NCBI GenBank assembly: GCA_047495785.1
Contig: JBLDXI010000025.1
Coordinates: 2,170,001 to 2,234,000 of the forward strand
DNA length: 64,000 nucleotides
Source: Lepidodermella squamata
Taxonomy: Eukaryota; Animalia; Gastrotricha
Reading direction: 5' to 3'
The notes under the pieces: generated by a model
The model's database searches: none
What the model was told of the DNA's origin: nothing
The model's input: only the letters and a program-made list of their open reading frames with translations
Translations under genes and position numbers: made by a program
Shown here: positions 24,169 through 37,189 of the stretch, in pieces
Layout of the letters: each line of letters opens with the position of its first letter
Position numbering within the stretch: the first letter of the stretch is position 1

Positions 24169-24501
24169 ATGGCCGCTTTCCTGTATCAATTTGTCCTCAT
24201 ATTAGGAGCGTCGCTGCTGCTGCTAATACCTCGAAGTGAAGCATCGCCTGTTGTCGAGTCTTTGAAGACGTTCAGCGCTAATGGTCCGGTGAAGATAGAC
24301 AGCAAGCACTCGGAGCAACAGCATGGCAATCCGCAGGCGGTGAAAGCGCGCGAGGCGTTCATTGAGCGCATCAAAACGCTGCCCGTCTATCGAAATCTCA
24401 TGCAGAAATGCCTGCAAGTTCAAGCGAAAACCTTCGACTACTGCAACGACGCGATTACGCTGTACATTTGGGCGACTTTGAAGCACAACACGGACACATG
24501 A
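24169..24501 (+). CDS. Small secreted protein SSP-1 (divergent member, C-x10-C)
   Basis: Signal peptide, then YRNLMQKCLQVQAKTFDYCNDAITLYIWATL. Confidence 0.8.
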   Translation: MAAFLYQFVLILGASLLLLIPRSEASPVVESLKTFSANGPVKIDSKHSEQQHGNPQAVKAREAFIERIKTLPVYRNLMQKCLQVQAKTFDYCNDAITLYIWATLKHNTDT

Positions 24502-25341
24502 TGGCATTGATGCGCTGATCATAATCTCTGATCTAAGAGAATTAGCAATTTTTTAGTCATACATATTTGCGCTGCAAATTATCAGCTTTCTTAAATATAT
24601 TTAGAGATCAGGAAGGCATAACTTTCAAATAAACGTATTGCGTTTTAAAAAAAATTATTATTGTTGATTTTCCCATGTCTTGAATTTGGCAGAGAAAGCT
24701 GGACTTTTTTTTAAATATTCGAGAATTTTTTCCGTATACTAACTTTTTTTTACGACCTAATAAACACGCAGCCCAGTCGCGAATAATAAAATTAATTAAT
24801 TGGGTCATGACAAATTAGTGGCATTTGAATATTCATGAGGCGAGGGCGATGTGACTTCCGCCACCCACCCACTTGATACTCATATTTCAAAGCTCACATG
24901 AAGGGATTGCCACTATAGCCCTTTCATAACACTCTAGATCTAATATTTCTGCAGGGTGTCCAAAATGCAAATCTCAGCGCTGAAAAATTGTATAAATCCG
25001 GCGGAAACAGATAAAATGTCTTGCTATATTGCTAAAAGCGGGCGAACCCCGAATAAATGAAACACCGTACTTTTTATTCTTTATGCATCAGCGACTCCAA
25101 TCAGTGTGCGACTTTCAGGGGGGATCATCCCCCCAGTTCGGCCAGGCCAGACGACAATACGAGAATTTATCCCACTGTTTTGTAATTTTGGAAGGTTCTG
25201 GAGCGTGTTTTAGTGGAAAATCTCCAAAATTTTCTCGCTTCGCTCGGTTATTCGCCGAAATGACTAGTCAAAAGTTGTTCTAAGATCGCACCCTGACTCC
25301 AATAGTAATACTGAATAGACTGAATAGAGTAAGTAGTCACT

Positions 25342-26876
25342 TCATTCACTCTCTGAGGGGACTCCGTCGGGAAACCAAGAGCTTGCGCGAGCCTGTGCCT
25401 TTCTCATAAATATCGGCCTATACGCTGCAGCTTGTTGCATGATAGCAATGGCTCGGTCGACGTGGTTCTCATTTTCCAGCGATGGATTTCGTCTTCCTAA
25501 ACCACCGTACAACATGAGGAGTGAGTTTTGCAAGACATGTGATTGTCGAACCGATGCTGGAATCGAAGATCCTGTGTATAAGACAATCAATCATTATAAT
25601 GACATGTGGGCAGATGGGGATCGATTTGGTATACGTACCACTGAAAAACAGGTAGCACAGGAATACCGCTAACTCGGGCATTGTTGGTTGCCAGCCAGCC
25701 AACACGTGCGATAGCTGCATCGCCCACATGACGACAGGCTGAGAAAATTGCAGACAATTATTCGGTAGGATTCATAAATTTTCCCGACATACAGATCACT
25801 ATTCAGTAAACAAAACACAAATACAAATTTTCACCTCAAACTCAGGTAAAACGGTCAGAAATTGTGGCACGATAGCTTTGTTGATGGACATTGGATTCAA
25901 CTCGCCGGGTTGAGACGGGAACGCAATCGCGATTAAAGGCCATCCTGTCGCAACAGTTTCTTCCAACGCGCTCTCTGAAATGGCGAAAGCTTCTGCAAGA
26001 GTAAAATATTAGGTATTTTCGTCTTAATAAATCGTCGAAGCGTAAGTACCTTTCATGTACTGCGAAAACCTTACGCGGGCTTTGTTGTACATTCTGAAGT
26101 GATTGGTGGCGAATTCCTTTTCCAAATTGGTAGGGTCGTCGTAAGGAATATTCCGTGTTCGTAGGGGCAACTAAATTTTAAAAAAGTGAATCGAAAGCTA
26201 AGAATTAAAACGCGAAAAAACCGAATATAAGTCGTGCAGAAACGTGAGTCCAATCACTGAGTTTTTAGTAGCTGTTTCAGCCAATGTCATGAGTTTGAGA
26301 TCAGGATTGCTTGGTATCGTTGAATTCAGTCTGTGATCAAGGAAGTTTGTCATCAAGGTTATGGCAATGTCAGTACAATAATGGCTAACTCAGAATGGTT
26401 GATCCACCCATTTCCACTAGCATCTTCTGAACCTTCTGAAGGCAAGGCGAGTTGCTTTCTGAAGCCTGACAAATTCTATAGATTTCATTTTGATAACATA
26501 ACGAGAACATCTACCATACTTGTTCCATGCTTGGCAGCGAAGCATTTTTCAAGCCGACAACGGGTACAACAACCACGCGTTTCTCCCGGTTTTATCTCAC
26601 AGTTGAATTTCCCAGTGACACAGTGAAAGTCGTACCTTCGACATGCTTGTCGAGCGAAAAATTTCTTAATAAATACGGGTAAATTATGTATAATCGAAAG
26701 TGTTAAGACAAACTTTACCTGACAAGCATTACATTGCCTTGGATGGTATCGCTTTCTAGGCGGAACAGCCTTCCCGCATATCTGCGAATGGGAATTATTT
26801 AATTAATGAAGTCGAAAAAGGCAACGATTTTACATTGCAGTAGATGGCGCGTTTTTGTTCTTGTCCGTTTTCCATG
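25342..26876 (-). CDS. Divergent nuclear hormone receptor NHR-5, multi-exon, inverted relative to the others
   Basis: MENGQEQKRAIYCN|ICGKAVPPRKRYHPRQCNACQ|KFFARQACRRYDFHCVTGKFNCEIKPGETRGCCTRCRLEKCFA. LBD exons are homologous to NHR-1/2. It needs one extra 59-nt intron in the hinge to stay in frame. Confidence 0.8.
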
Positions 26877-28210
26877 CTAAGGCCTGAAATCATTCGAGTT
26901 TAATATCTATGTTAGAAAGCAAAATTATTGAGCTATAGAAGGCATCATTTTTTTCATGACGAATGCATGGACGCTTTATTGATTTTTTTCTGCATTAAGC
27001 AAAGCCTGTACATAATCGAGCGAGTAAAACGTTAGTACAGTAGATAAGTCATTATTAAGTTATCGACATGAAAGTGGCATCTAAAGATAGTGATACTTTC
27101 GATCGTTAAATGTCGTTAGGTTTAAGCGACGCGATGGTGTTTTACGCTAGATCATTTTTGAGTGCTAGGCAAGGCTTATTCGATCAAATTACATGTTCAC
27201 AACTGTATAAGGCTCGCTGCATATCGTCAGCTGAGGCATCGAACGGCGAAATAAAATACCCCCTCATTTCTTTGCAGTTTACACTTTCAAGCGGTCCTGA
27301 TTTCAATGCCACCAGGATTCTGAATAGCACCAGGAATGAGGCGATTCGGACAGGTGTTGGGCTATTAATATTAATGATACTTAAATATTAATTTCAAATA
27401 TTACAAATGTGTTGTGCTCAGTGGTCGAGTGGCCTCAGGTCATGCAATTTTTACGATATGTGAGTCGTCTTTCCACCTAACTCCCTGCAAAATGTCATTG
27501 CCAATGGCCAGGTAGTTTTTGAGTAATGCTCATTTCTTCTGCTTGCATGAACATTTGTCCGAATAGCCCCAATGACTCAAATTACCCCAAATGACGGTAA
27601 TAAGTGACGTGGAGAGTTATAGACATGACTTAAAATACAATTTTATGATATATGCTACGAGATTCAGCTCGCAACTTAATCCTATCCCATATCACGTTTG
27701 GTATCTTCGATTTTTTTGAGAACTGAGAGAGCAATGCGTTTAGAATCTCCATGTCAAATTGTCTGGGAGGGTTCCAAATCACCATTACAGTTGCAATGCT
27801 TAAAATAAAAATTTACTAATTTTTACCATGCCAAGACCAACTCCATACTTCCTGACTGAAACTGTGACTAACTCCAAGACCAAAATCCCACAAGCAGGTG
27901 TTTCTTTAAAGACCGAAAACCAAGACTGATGATTACAATGCGCACGCAATTTCTACTATTTTCTATTTTGAGCATTTCCACTGTGAAAGTCAGCAGCCGC
28001 CAATGATCAATTCTTTTAAAAGCTAAAAAAGGTTAAATTTTTTAATTAATTGCTTTAATTTTAGTCATACACTTGTCAACATTCAGACTCAACAAGAACG
28101 TGTATAATTTATTAACTCCCTCATGAAAATAAGTGATTACAATGATACATTTTGCCGATGGCGAGGCTTCTGCTTGTTGTTAGCCAACATCCTATTAGGC
28201 GCAATGCATT

Positions 28211-28632
28211 TTACTGGCCTTTCATGATATCTTTAGCGACCTGTTGCGCCCACAGGTAGAAGCCGACCTGGTTCTTGCAAATCGCCTCCGACTGCAGCTT
28301 AGCAATACACGTCTTCAGCCGCTTTTGGTAAGTGGATTGGCGAACCTTCTCCAGCAACGTCGCCAAGTCCGAAACATCCGCATTTTCGATCATTCTAGCA
28401 ACGTTTTTCTCTAAGAAAGGAAAACGAACCATTATTAAAAAATGAAATTCCTATATTATCCTAACATACCTAAATGATCGGATCGCTCTGCAGTCACCTT
28501 ATGAGAATCCATGGAGGTTCCTTTCAGTAGCGCTGCCAAATTAGCATGAGAGAAATGCTTACTGTCCGACTTCTTGTCGCATGTTGCTACCTTCAAAAAC
28601 GCAAGAGCTAAAATCGCATAGGCAAGTTTCAT
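28211..28632 (-). CDS. Small secreted protein SSP-2 (intron 28411-28469)
   Basis: MKLAYAILALAFLKVATC..HL|EKNVARMIE..YQKRLKTCIAKLQSEAICKNQVGFYLWAQQVAKDIMKGQ*. Confidence 0.85.
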
Positions 28633-28891
28633 TTTAGGCGATTTCGACAAGAATGAGCTGGCAATGTGCCGCAATATTGCATCGCGCGAGACGCCGAGTG
28701 GGTGAGCCCTTCATAGGTGCCTCTTAGTGCATGGGTGTCTCTGGTTGTCTTTAAGACATACTTCAACAGCAGATCGAATCGATCAATAACATTTATTACT
28801 ATGTGGGTGGAAAATTTTATTCACATTTTATTCACATTGATACGAGTCCTGGATTTCGTTGTTTATCGCTTTTGAATTGGCTATATTTAGA

Positions 28892-29273
28892 TTACTGCTG
28901 GTCATTTTTCATAATTTCTTTTGCCAAGTGGCTCATCCACAGCTGAAAGCTGCCGCGGTTGTTTCGGCATATCGATTCGGATTTCAGTGTTTCGATGCAT
29001 TTCTTTAATCGGCGGTTGTAGGCTGCAACTTGAGCGCGGTTGAGAATGGACGCCAAATCAGACGTACTAGTTTTTTCTATCAGATTTGCTACATTTTGCT
29101 CTGTAATGCACAAATAATAATTAATTTTACGTTAAATTTGAAATTAGAATCTTACCAAACTTCTGATGAACTGGATTAGATGATTTTACAATTTGATCCT
29201 TCGTTGGTGCACCTAATACAGATGCTATGAAGAGAAAGGCTGAAATAAAAATGATAACGCTGAGAGTAGCCAT
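28892..29273 (-). CDS. Small secreted protein SSP-3 (intron 29101-29155)
   Basis: MATLSVIIFISAFLFIASVLGAP..KF|EQNVANLIE..YNRRLKKCIETLKSESICRNNRGSFQLWMSHLAKEIMK. Confidence 0.85.
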
Positions 29274-30522
29274 TTATCAAAATTTAATTTAAAATCCAAT
29301 ATACGAGGTGTGGGGAAATGTGTAAGATTACTACCTACTTAAATGCATTCAGCAGCGTGCGAGACTTCCGCAAGTACCGACGAACGTTTTACTCTACTTC
29401 TCGGTTTTCATTTGAAGTGTTCCCCGCCCATTTTGGCAAATTCCTATCGTGAAAAAGAACTCAACGTACCAAGTTATCGCTTTCAACAAAGACACCGCTG
29501 CATACTGCGCTGTGTGCGGAGTAGGTTCCGGCATAATATTATGTGCAGTAGCGAACTATTGAATGCGAAATATAGTGATACTGATTGAAAGTTTTCACAA
29601 TTTTCGTGCAAGCAGTGTCTGAGTTAATTGAGAGTTCACGACATCCGACGGCATGAATGAGGAGGAAATGAACAGTACGAAAGCTGTGAGGGTTTTCGAA
29701 GTGCTAAGTGTTTGCTCTGGTTTTATGAAACCTCTGAGCCTTAACTCTTTAACTAAATTGATCGTCGAAATGCTTCAATATTTCGCCTTTACGGAGAAAA
29801 TAAATCCGAAATTGACCAAAAAGCGTGGGGCGTGGGATGAAACTTCAATCCGAGGTCTGAGTCGTAGCGAAGTCCGAATTTTCCAACTACAGTTAGCAAT
29901 AGTTAAGGAACATTGTGACGTCGAAATTGCGTCTCAAGAAAAATCTCGTCTGAAAATTAAAACTCGTCGTTCTCGCAGCAGAACCGGCTCATTTTTCGCC
30001 TAATGTCCTCAATTACCAAACCATCTTCGAATACAAAAATGCAGCCTGTAAGACCTATTCCTGCAGGCTGCTCTATTGTTAGATTTTATCTTGCGACGCA
30101 ATTTCGGCGTCACTATGAAATTTTATTGCTCAACACTCCACACATCACTGTGTCGACCGCGGTCGCAATGCTATTCAACAAATTCGAAGAAAAAATTATG
30201 ACGTATATCTAATTTATTAGCGCGCAGTCACTCCTTTTGTAGAAATTAACAGATAAAAAATGAAAAATAGGGCCTCTTTTCACATGTCGTGTCTCACTTT
30301 GAGTATCATCTCAATGCGGCACTTTCTGCAGCAGGAACTGAAGTCAGCAGTTTTTTTCAAAGAACGACCGCAGCGCAAATTGACAAGTACTGGTCCTGTA
30401 GCATTTTTGACGCGCAGTGACCTGTGCAGCTTCAATTGAGGGCAAGTGTTACTTTTAGCAAGTTTCGTAACACATTTTGCCTTCATGATAACACTTTTGG
30501 CTCAAAAAGCTTGAGATTTTAT

Positions 30523-31112
30523 TCAAGCCCAATAGTTGTCATTCGTGCTAGTCGGTGCTAGGATAATCTTGTGTTCCGTAACTTCATTCACGCGACCAAA
30601 TGTTTCTTTCACCATGGTATGAGATGCATTGCTGAGAATGTGATTGAGCCTAGAGAGGCAATTGGCTGTCGTAGTCCAAATGCCATCCAAACCTCCGTGG
30701 AATCCATCAACTGCAGCTGCGGATTCACATATTATCCTCCTCCTTGAAAATCTTTAAATATTAAGATGAATAATTCTCAGGTTCTCACTCACCAGTGAAG
30801 ATGGTTTTGCATGAGGTGGCATAAATTTGCACAAAGCATCATCTCCCGTAGAAAATGCGCCATCCTCTCGCTTTCATACGCAATCTTCCGCAGAGTCACG
30901 TCCATTCTGTCGAGAAACGGCGTTTTTCGCCGCGCCAGGTAGTTGGTGAATTGTGCGGCTGTTGAATCGGCGAGGTCTGCAATGGCTTGCCACGTTCTCC
31001 GGTCGCTCAGGTCAATGCCCTGGCCAGCCAGTGAGTGGAGCAATTGTTTCGACGGCTTTATCAGCTGCCGTACGTCGTTAGGCTTCAAAACTTGTTGCGG
31101 CTTTCTCGACAT
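30523..31112 (-). CDS. Two-exon orphan protein (179 aa; intron 30743-30792)
   Basis: ORF 30789-31112 splices through a 50-nt GTGAG..TTTTCAAG intron into an open frame (WRRIICESAAAVDGFHGGLDGIW...NDNYWA*). AATAAA follows immediately and a TATA-like element lies ~40 nt upstream. Confidence 0.6.
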
Positions 31113-31870
31113 GGTAAACGTTTAATCTATTCACACTCAAAAAGTACCAGAGCTTATATTTGGCACGGTAGTCAAAGAAAATTAGGGGTAGTGAAATTTA
31201 GAAAGAGAAGCTTAAGTTTTCAATCCGAGGCGAGATTACCATTTAAAAAAAAAACTCGTAAAAAGAGCTGAAATTGAGCTGCAAGTAATAAAGCCCCACG
31301 ACAGCTCTTTAGATTATGGGCTCAGAGGTATCTGCCCTTTTCCACTCGTAAAGTGTTAAATAGCTTTGATATTGGTATCGATGTGCGAAAATTGTTGTAG
31401 GACAGTAAGGCTTTTTAATCTCTTGCCTCTAATCTTTCTTCCCAATGAATTCCCAGATCTTTCTAAAAAAAAGAATCTGCGCCGGCAATAACTGCTAAGA
31501 AAACTAGCCTATGCACTGTGCGGAGATTGCATGTACTATAAATGAGAGTATATATCCGAAGCTTTTTATCGGCTAAATCAAAAACACTGTTGTTATAATG
31601 CTATTTGCAGTGTTTTATGCGCAGTGGTTATATGTATGTATGTGCGCGACTCTTCATATATACTGTGTGCGCTATCTTCTCCCGCGCTCCTCGGCCACAT
31701 TCTATTTCTGTGCGATGTGCGCTAAGTAATTTGGACAGTGTGCGCCGGGCAATCCTTTTCATGCTCGCTTTCATCACGTACCACTGCAGTGTCTTCCCCA
31801 CGCAGGATGGATAAAGAGCAAGTGGCTTGCGTGACATCAATGATGTCCCCCTTAAAAGACTTAGGTATTA

Positions 31871-34142
31871 ATGCTACTGACACGAATCTTGCCAGTATTG
31901 ACATGGCTGAAGCTGGCCGCAAGTAGCGACGAGATATGCTGGTCGCAAGAATGCCTTCAGGCCGCGTTGGAAATCAAGCGGAATATGAATGAAACTGCTA
32001 GGCCTTGCGATGATTTCTATGAATATGCTTGTGGCGGGTTCGAAAAGTACCAGGAGATACCACCAGGCCGCGATAGTGTTACTCAATTTGGATTGTTAAA
32101 ACAGCGTTTATCAATCAAATTACGTCGAATTCTCGAGACTACTGAACGAATTCAAACGCGGAATTCTATAGAGGATAAGCTGAGGCGGTTTTACTCATCA
32201 TGCTTGAATGAAGCTGAGAATGCAGGATATTACCTCAGAGAAATGACTTCGTTGATGGGCGGTATTTATCAGTCGAATTCTGAGTTGCCTCGAGATTGGT
32301 CTTTTCGTAAAGTCTTAGTCAATTACGATGAATTCAGCGCAAGCCACTTTTTTACGCTGACCATTGGCCCGCACTTTGAGGACTCAAATTCCAACTCAAT
32401 TCAGCTTCAGCAAGGCAAGTTACTTCTTGGTTTCTTCACAAAAGCTTATTACCGGAACAAAGACATCGATTCCGATCCTATTCTTCTCGCATTAAGAAGA
32501 AAGCTTTTGAAGTTTGCGACTCTTATAACCGACGATCCATATTTTGATGAAAATGTTGTGAGAGAAGTAGTTCAACTGGACCAGAAGCTAGCCTTGATTC
32601 ATGAAGACAAAGCGAATTCAGTGCGATATCGACTTTACTCTGCTGATCAGCTCCGGTCTAATTTCAGCTTTATCAATTGGCCTTATTACTTCAATGACCT
32701 GCTCTCGTTATCTACAACGGGGACAGATGTGGATGGAAAGATCATTGTCCAGTCGGAACCATTCTTTCGCAAACTCACGAACTCACTGAGGAATTATTTG
32801 ATGTCTCCGGAAGGTAGAAAGACTGTCCAAAATTACCTGGTTTTCAGTTTGATTTCCGAATATGCCGGTAATGCGGGTGGAGAGTTTCAAAAATCTGAAG
32901 AAGAGTTTGATGCCATTTTTACCGGGAAACGTGGCTCGGAAGAAAGATGGGAGATGTGCATCTCTGAAATCGCTTCATCTCTCGGCTTTCCCCTCTCCTC
33001 ACTGTATGCAGCACAATTCTTCTCAGAGATGGACAATTCTCGAGCGAGTGAAGTCATAACTGAGACGTTTCTTGCACTTCGAAGACGATTGGAAGCTAAT
33101 GGTTGGATGGATGATAGGACGAGGCGTTATGCTATCAAGAAGCTCAATATGATGTTTTATAAAGTTGGGTATCCCGATTGGGTGTTCAATGGAACTCAGG
33201 TCGAAGCCATCTATCAACCTCTTTCAGTAAGCGATTCATTTTTAGCCAACAAAGTTGCTGCCTATCAGTTTCATCGTAAGAAAATGATAGACGTAAGTTC
33301 AACAAGTCACAGTTATTAGGTATTAGTTTCATGAGATATTTCCATTTAGCAACTACGGGAAATTCATGACAAGTCTGAATGGATTAACTCCCCACTCACT
33401 GTGGTTTCCTATTACGATTTATCGTCAAATGGAGTCATTTTCCCCGCAGGCATGCTAGCGAAGCCTATTTTCTACCCAGATAGCAAGATTCCTTCTGCTT
33501 TGAACTTCGGATCTCTAGGAAGTATCGCTGGCCACGAGGTTCGTATTTACTTTTTCGAGGCCTTACGCGATTCCTATCTTTAACTAGATCACACATGGAT
33601 TCGACAATATCGGTCGGTTGGTAAGCCTTCTCCGAATTTCTCTCGAACTTGATGAAATCTTGCTTGTTTATTAGTTCGACAAATTTGGTAACGTGAAGTA
33701 TTGGTGGTTCGAAGACCGGTCGGAGGAAGAGTTCCTCTCTAGGTCAAACTGTTTTGTCTCTAAATTTAATTCTTATGAAATTGACGGAGTACGCGTGAAA
33801 GGGGAACAAACTCTGGCTGAAAACATAGCTGATGATGGCGGCGTGAAAATCGCGCATGATGCATTCAAAAACTATATGCAGAGTTTCGCGGCTCACAACG
33901 AGTTCACTCGTCTACCGGGGTTGAATCATTCAAGCGATCAGCTATTTTTCATCGCCTGGGCTCAAACGTGGTGCTCGATTCGCCCACCTGCGTCGTCTAG
34001 ACTAAGAATGGAAACCAGCTCCCATTCTCCGAATCGTTTTCGCGTCAACGGGCCCCTGGGTAACTTGGATGAATTCACGTCAGCTTTCAACTGCCCACCT
34101 GACACTACCATGGGTTCCCAGGCTAAATGCATCATTTGGTAG
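31871..34142 (+). CDS. Neprilysin / M13 metallopeptidase NEP-B, secreted form (3 short introns)
   Basis: Signal peptide; CWSQEC, RPCDDFYEYACGG, GHE|ITHGFD, AENIADDGG, SHSPNRFRV and CIIW*. Confidence 0.92.
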
Positions 34143-34296
34143 ACATAACTTTTTACTTAGAAAAATACAATCTCTGACGTAAGTCTTTGTTTCGTAATAA
34201 AAAGTCGTGACCTAAGCTGTTGAGCGAGGTCTTTTTTTAACAAAAGAGGTGCAATGTACTCAAATCCAGCCTCAAAAAACGACTCAAATTAAGAAT

Positions 34297-36602
34297 ATGC
34301 GACTTTTCTTAGCTTTCTCACTATTTTATAGTGCTGCTACTGCTCCATTGTCCCTTGATGACCCAATCAATCCGGCTAATCTATGCATGAAAAAGGAATG
34401 CATTCGAGCTGCCGGTTTGATAATCAATCAAATGGATTTCACTGCCGACCCTTGCGAAGACTTTTTCCAGTACGCTTGTGGAGGTTTCATGCTGAGAGAA
34501 GCTATTCCAGCGGGCAGTTCTCAGGTCTTCCCGGAGGCAAAAGTAACAAAGGTCATTCAAAAGCAGCTTCGAGCAATGCTTGAAGCCCCGATTCAGCCCG
34601 CTAATGAATCTCTGAGTCGATCGAAAATTCGTCAGTACTACAAATCCTGCATTGATTCAGATAAATTACTGGAAACCCAAGAAGCCATTATGAAACAAGC
34701 CATCGAAACAATGGGCGGCTTGTATTTAACAACCGAGGCTCAAGTTCCAGCAAACTGGTCACTTGAATCGGCTCTACTCGATGATTTCGGCTTACTTTAC
34801 TCATCGGTATTCTCTGTCGATGTGACCATTAACGATCGAAATGCTTCTGAAAACATCTTAACCCTCTCAATTGGCTCTTTGGGCCTAGGATCTGGAACTC
34901 GGGATTACTATATCAACGCATCGATCTATGAAGACCGAATTCTTCGAGCTTTGTCTAAGAAATACGAAAAAATCGCCGGCATCGTGCTTGGAGAGGCTCA
35001 AATCGACTTCTCAGTGCTAGAAGATGTACTAGTTTTCGACAAAAAGCATGCTGAGATCTCTCAACCTCTGACGGATTTCGCCGATCGGCTGAGATCCTTC
35101 AAATGGACCAATGTTAGCTCTTTCCAATCGAATTATGACTTCCTGAACTGGCATCGATTCTTGAATAGGCTTTTCACGACCGCCAACGTCTTAGTCACTC
35201 CGAGTGAGAAGATCTTGCTGATTGGAGAGAGATATTTCGAAGGCTTGACGAAACTATTGAAAGAGTACACCTCGACTAATGAAGGTCGCCGAGCGATTCA
35301 GAATTACATCGTTCTGAAAACTGTGTCAAATTTAGCTGATAACCTCGAAGGCGACTTCAAAATGATCAAAAATGAGTTTAACGAAGCATTCCTCGGCACA
35401 ACCGAGTCGAAAGAGCGCTGGGAGGCGTGTCTCAATGATCTTCGTGGAGAATTAGGATTCCCCGTCGCTGCAATGTATGCCGAGAAATATTTCGCTGGCG
35501 CCAATGTTACAGCGAAACAGGTTTTTCTGACCAACATCATCAAAGAATTTAAGAGCAGAATTCAAGCTGTCACGTGGATGGACCGTCGGACAAAACAGAG
35601 GGCACTGGAGAAGTTTGATAACATGGTTTACAAAATCGGCTATCCTGAATGGCTGTTCAACGAAACGTATCTATGGAACAAATACTCGAGTCTGAAAGTT
35701 GGGGAGAACTATCTGCAAAATCTATTCAGCTACGTTGATTATTCAAACAAGCGGTTGTTTAGGGTAAGATTTCGATCATGTTCCCCATAAAACCTAATGT
35801 TTTAATGCAGAGTCTGAGGCGGCAACCCGATCGCACTGATTGGGCAATGCTTCCAATTGAAGTCAATGCATATTACGATACGATTTACAACTCAATTTAC
35901 ATACCACTCGGATATATTCAACCTCCATTTTACTACCCGGAACGGGGCCTGCCTATTGCTCTTAATTTCGGAGGCATTGGGACGACTGCTGCTCATGAGG
36001 TTAGCCGGGATAAAACTCATCTCTCTATGAAACTTGATGTCTCTACAAACAGGTCACTCACGGATTCGATGACGGTGGGCGCCAGGTATAAAAGAATAGA
36101 AAATACTTGAATCACAACCTCAATGATCTCAATTCAGTATGACAGTTTTGGTAACCTTGTTGACTGGTGGGGCGACAACTCCGAAGAGCAGTTCGGCAAC
36201 AGAACGCAGTGCTTCATCGAAAAGTTCAGCTCTTACGAAGTCGACGGGATGAAGATTGACGGAGCTCTAACTCTCAACGAAAACTTGGCCGATGATGGCA
36301 GCGTTAAACTGGCCTATCAAGCTATGCAGAAGTATTTGGCTACCGAAGAGGGGAAACGAGATCCTGGTCGACTCATCGGTCTCGATTTGAATTCAGAACA
36401 GCTGTTCTTTCTCAGTTACGCTCAGTCATTTTGCGACTTGCAGCTACCTGGTGCGAAGAAGCTACACATAGAGACGGATGTGCACGCTTTGAATCGTTTC
36501 CGAGTAATCGGCCCGCTATCTAACTTCGAAGAATTCGCCAAGGCTTTCCGGTGCTCGTCTGATGCTAAAATGAGTGCTAAAACAAAGTGTGACCTGTGGT
36601 GA
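34297..36602 (+). CDS. Neprilysin / M13 metallopeptidase NEP-C, secreted form (3 short introns)
   Basis: MRLFLAFSLFYSAATAP signal; DPCEDFFQYACGG, VNAYY, AHE|VTHGFD, NENLADDGS, DVHALNRFRV and CDLW*. Confidence 0.92.
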
Positions 36603-36807
36603 GAATGCGCTGTTAGATTAGTGTTTAATAAACTTCTAGGAAAATTTGATTCTTTAAGTGGTGCTAATTTCCGCCTTGAAGTGCCCACGTCACACGTCTC
36701 TCTATGAATTAAGGATTTCGTGCCCCGGTCGAGCAACGTAGGCTTTTCAAGGCTCGAATGCATTTAAGCAGTTTCTGAGTAAGTAAGCTTCATCAGAATT
36801 TGCAGCC

Positions 36808-37120
36808 ATGAAAGTGTACATCGCATGTCTGATTTTTTCGGCCTTCATCATTCATCTTTCGAATTGTGCGCCATGGAGACATTCGATGAGTTTTAAAGGT
36901 GGTTCATCTCGATTCCAAATTGTCTGCGATTTTACTGTAAATTATCATTTTAGCTCGTCCTGATCGGGATATGCTTCTCGCTCGATTTAAGGCCTCTGAA
37001 GCCTACAGGCAAATGCTTTCTCGCTGCTTTGGTGAGTTGAATTCTATGACGCAGTGCAACGAAAGAATCAATCTTCAACTCTGGGCGCAAATGACTGCCA
37101 AAAAACTCGGAAACGCTTAG
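36808..37120 (+). CDS. Small secreted protein SSP-4 (intron 36899-36953; not in ORF track)
   Basis: MKVYIACLIFSAFIIHLSNCAPWRHSMSFK|ARPDRDMLLARFKASEAYRQMLSRCFGELNSMTQCNERINLQLWAQMTAKKLGNA*. Confidence 0.85.
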
Positions 37121-37189
37121 GAATTTTAGCTGAAAAAGTCTCGAGAAGATTCATCTTACAAAAATATGTGGTAACATTTATTTCCGACT

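Noticed and set aside
29653-30212. ORFs of 116 aa and 69 aa on the plus strand
   Set aside because: No motif, paralogue or splice support; cannot be distinguished from chance ORFs.
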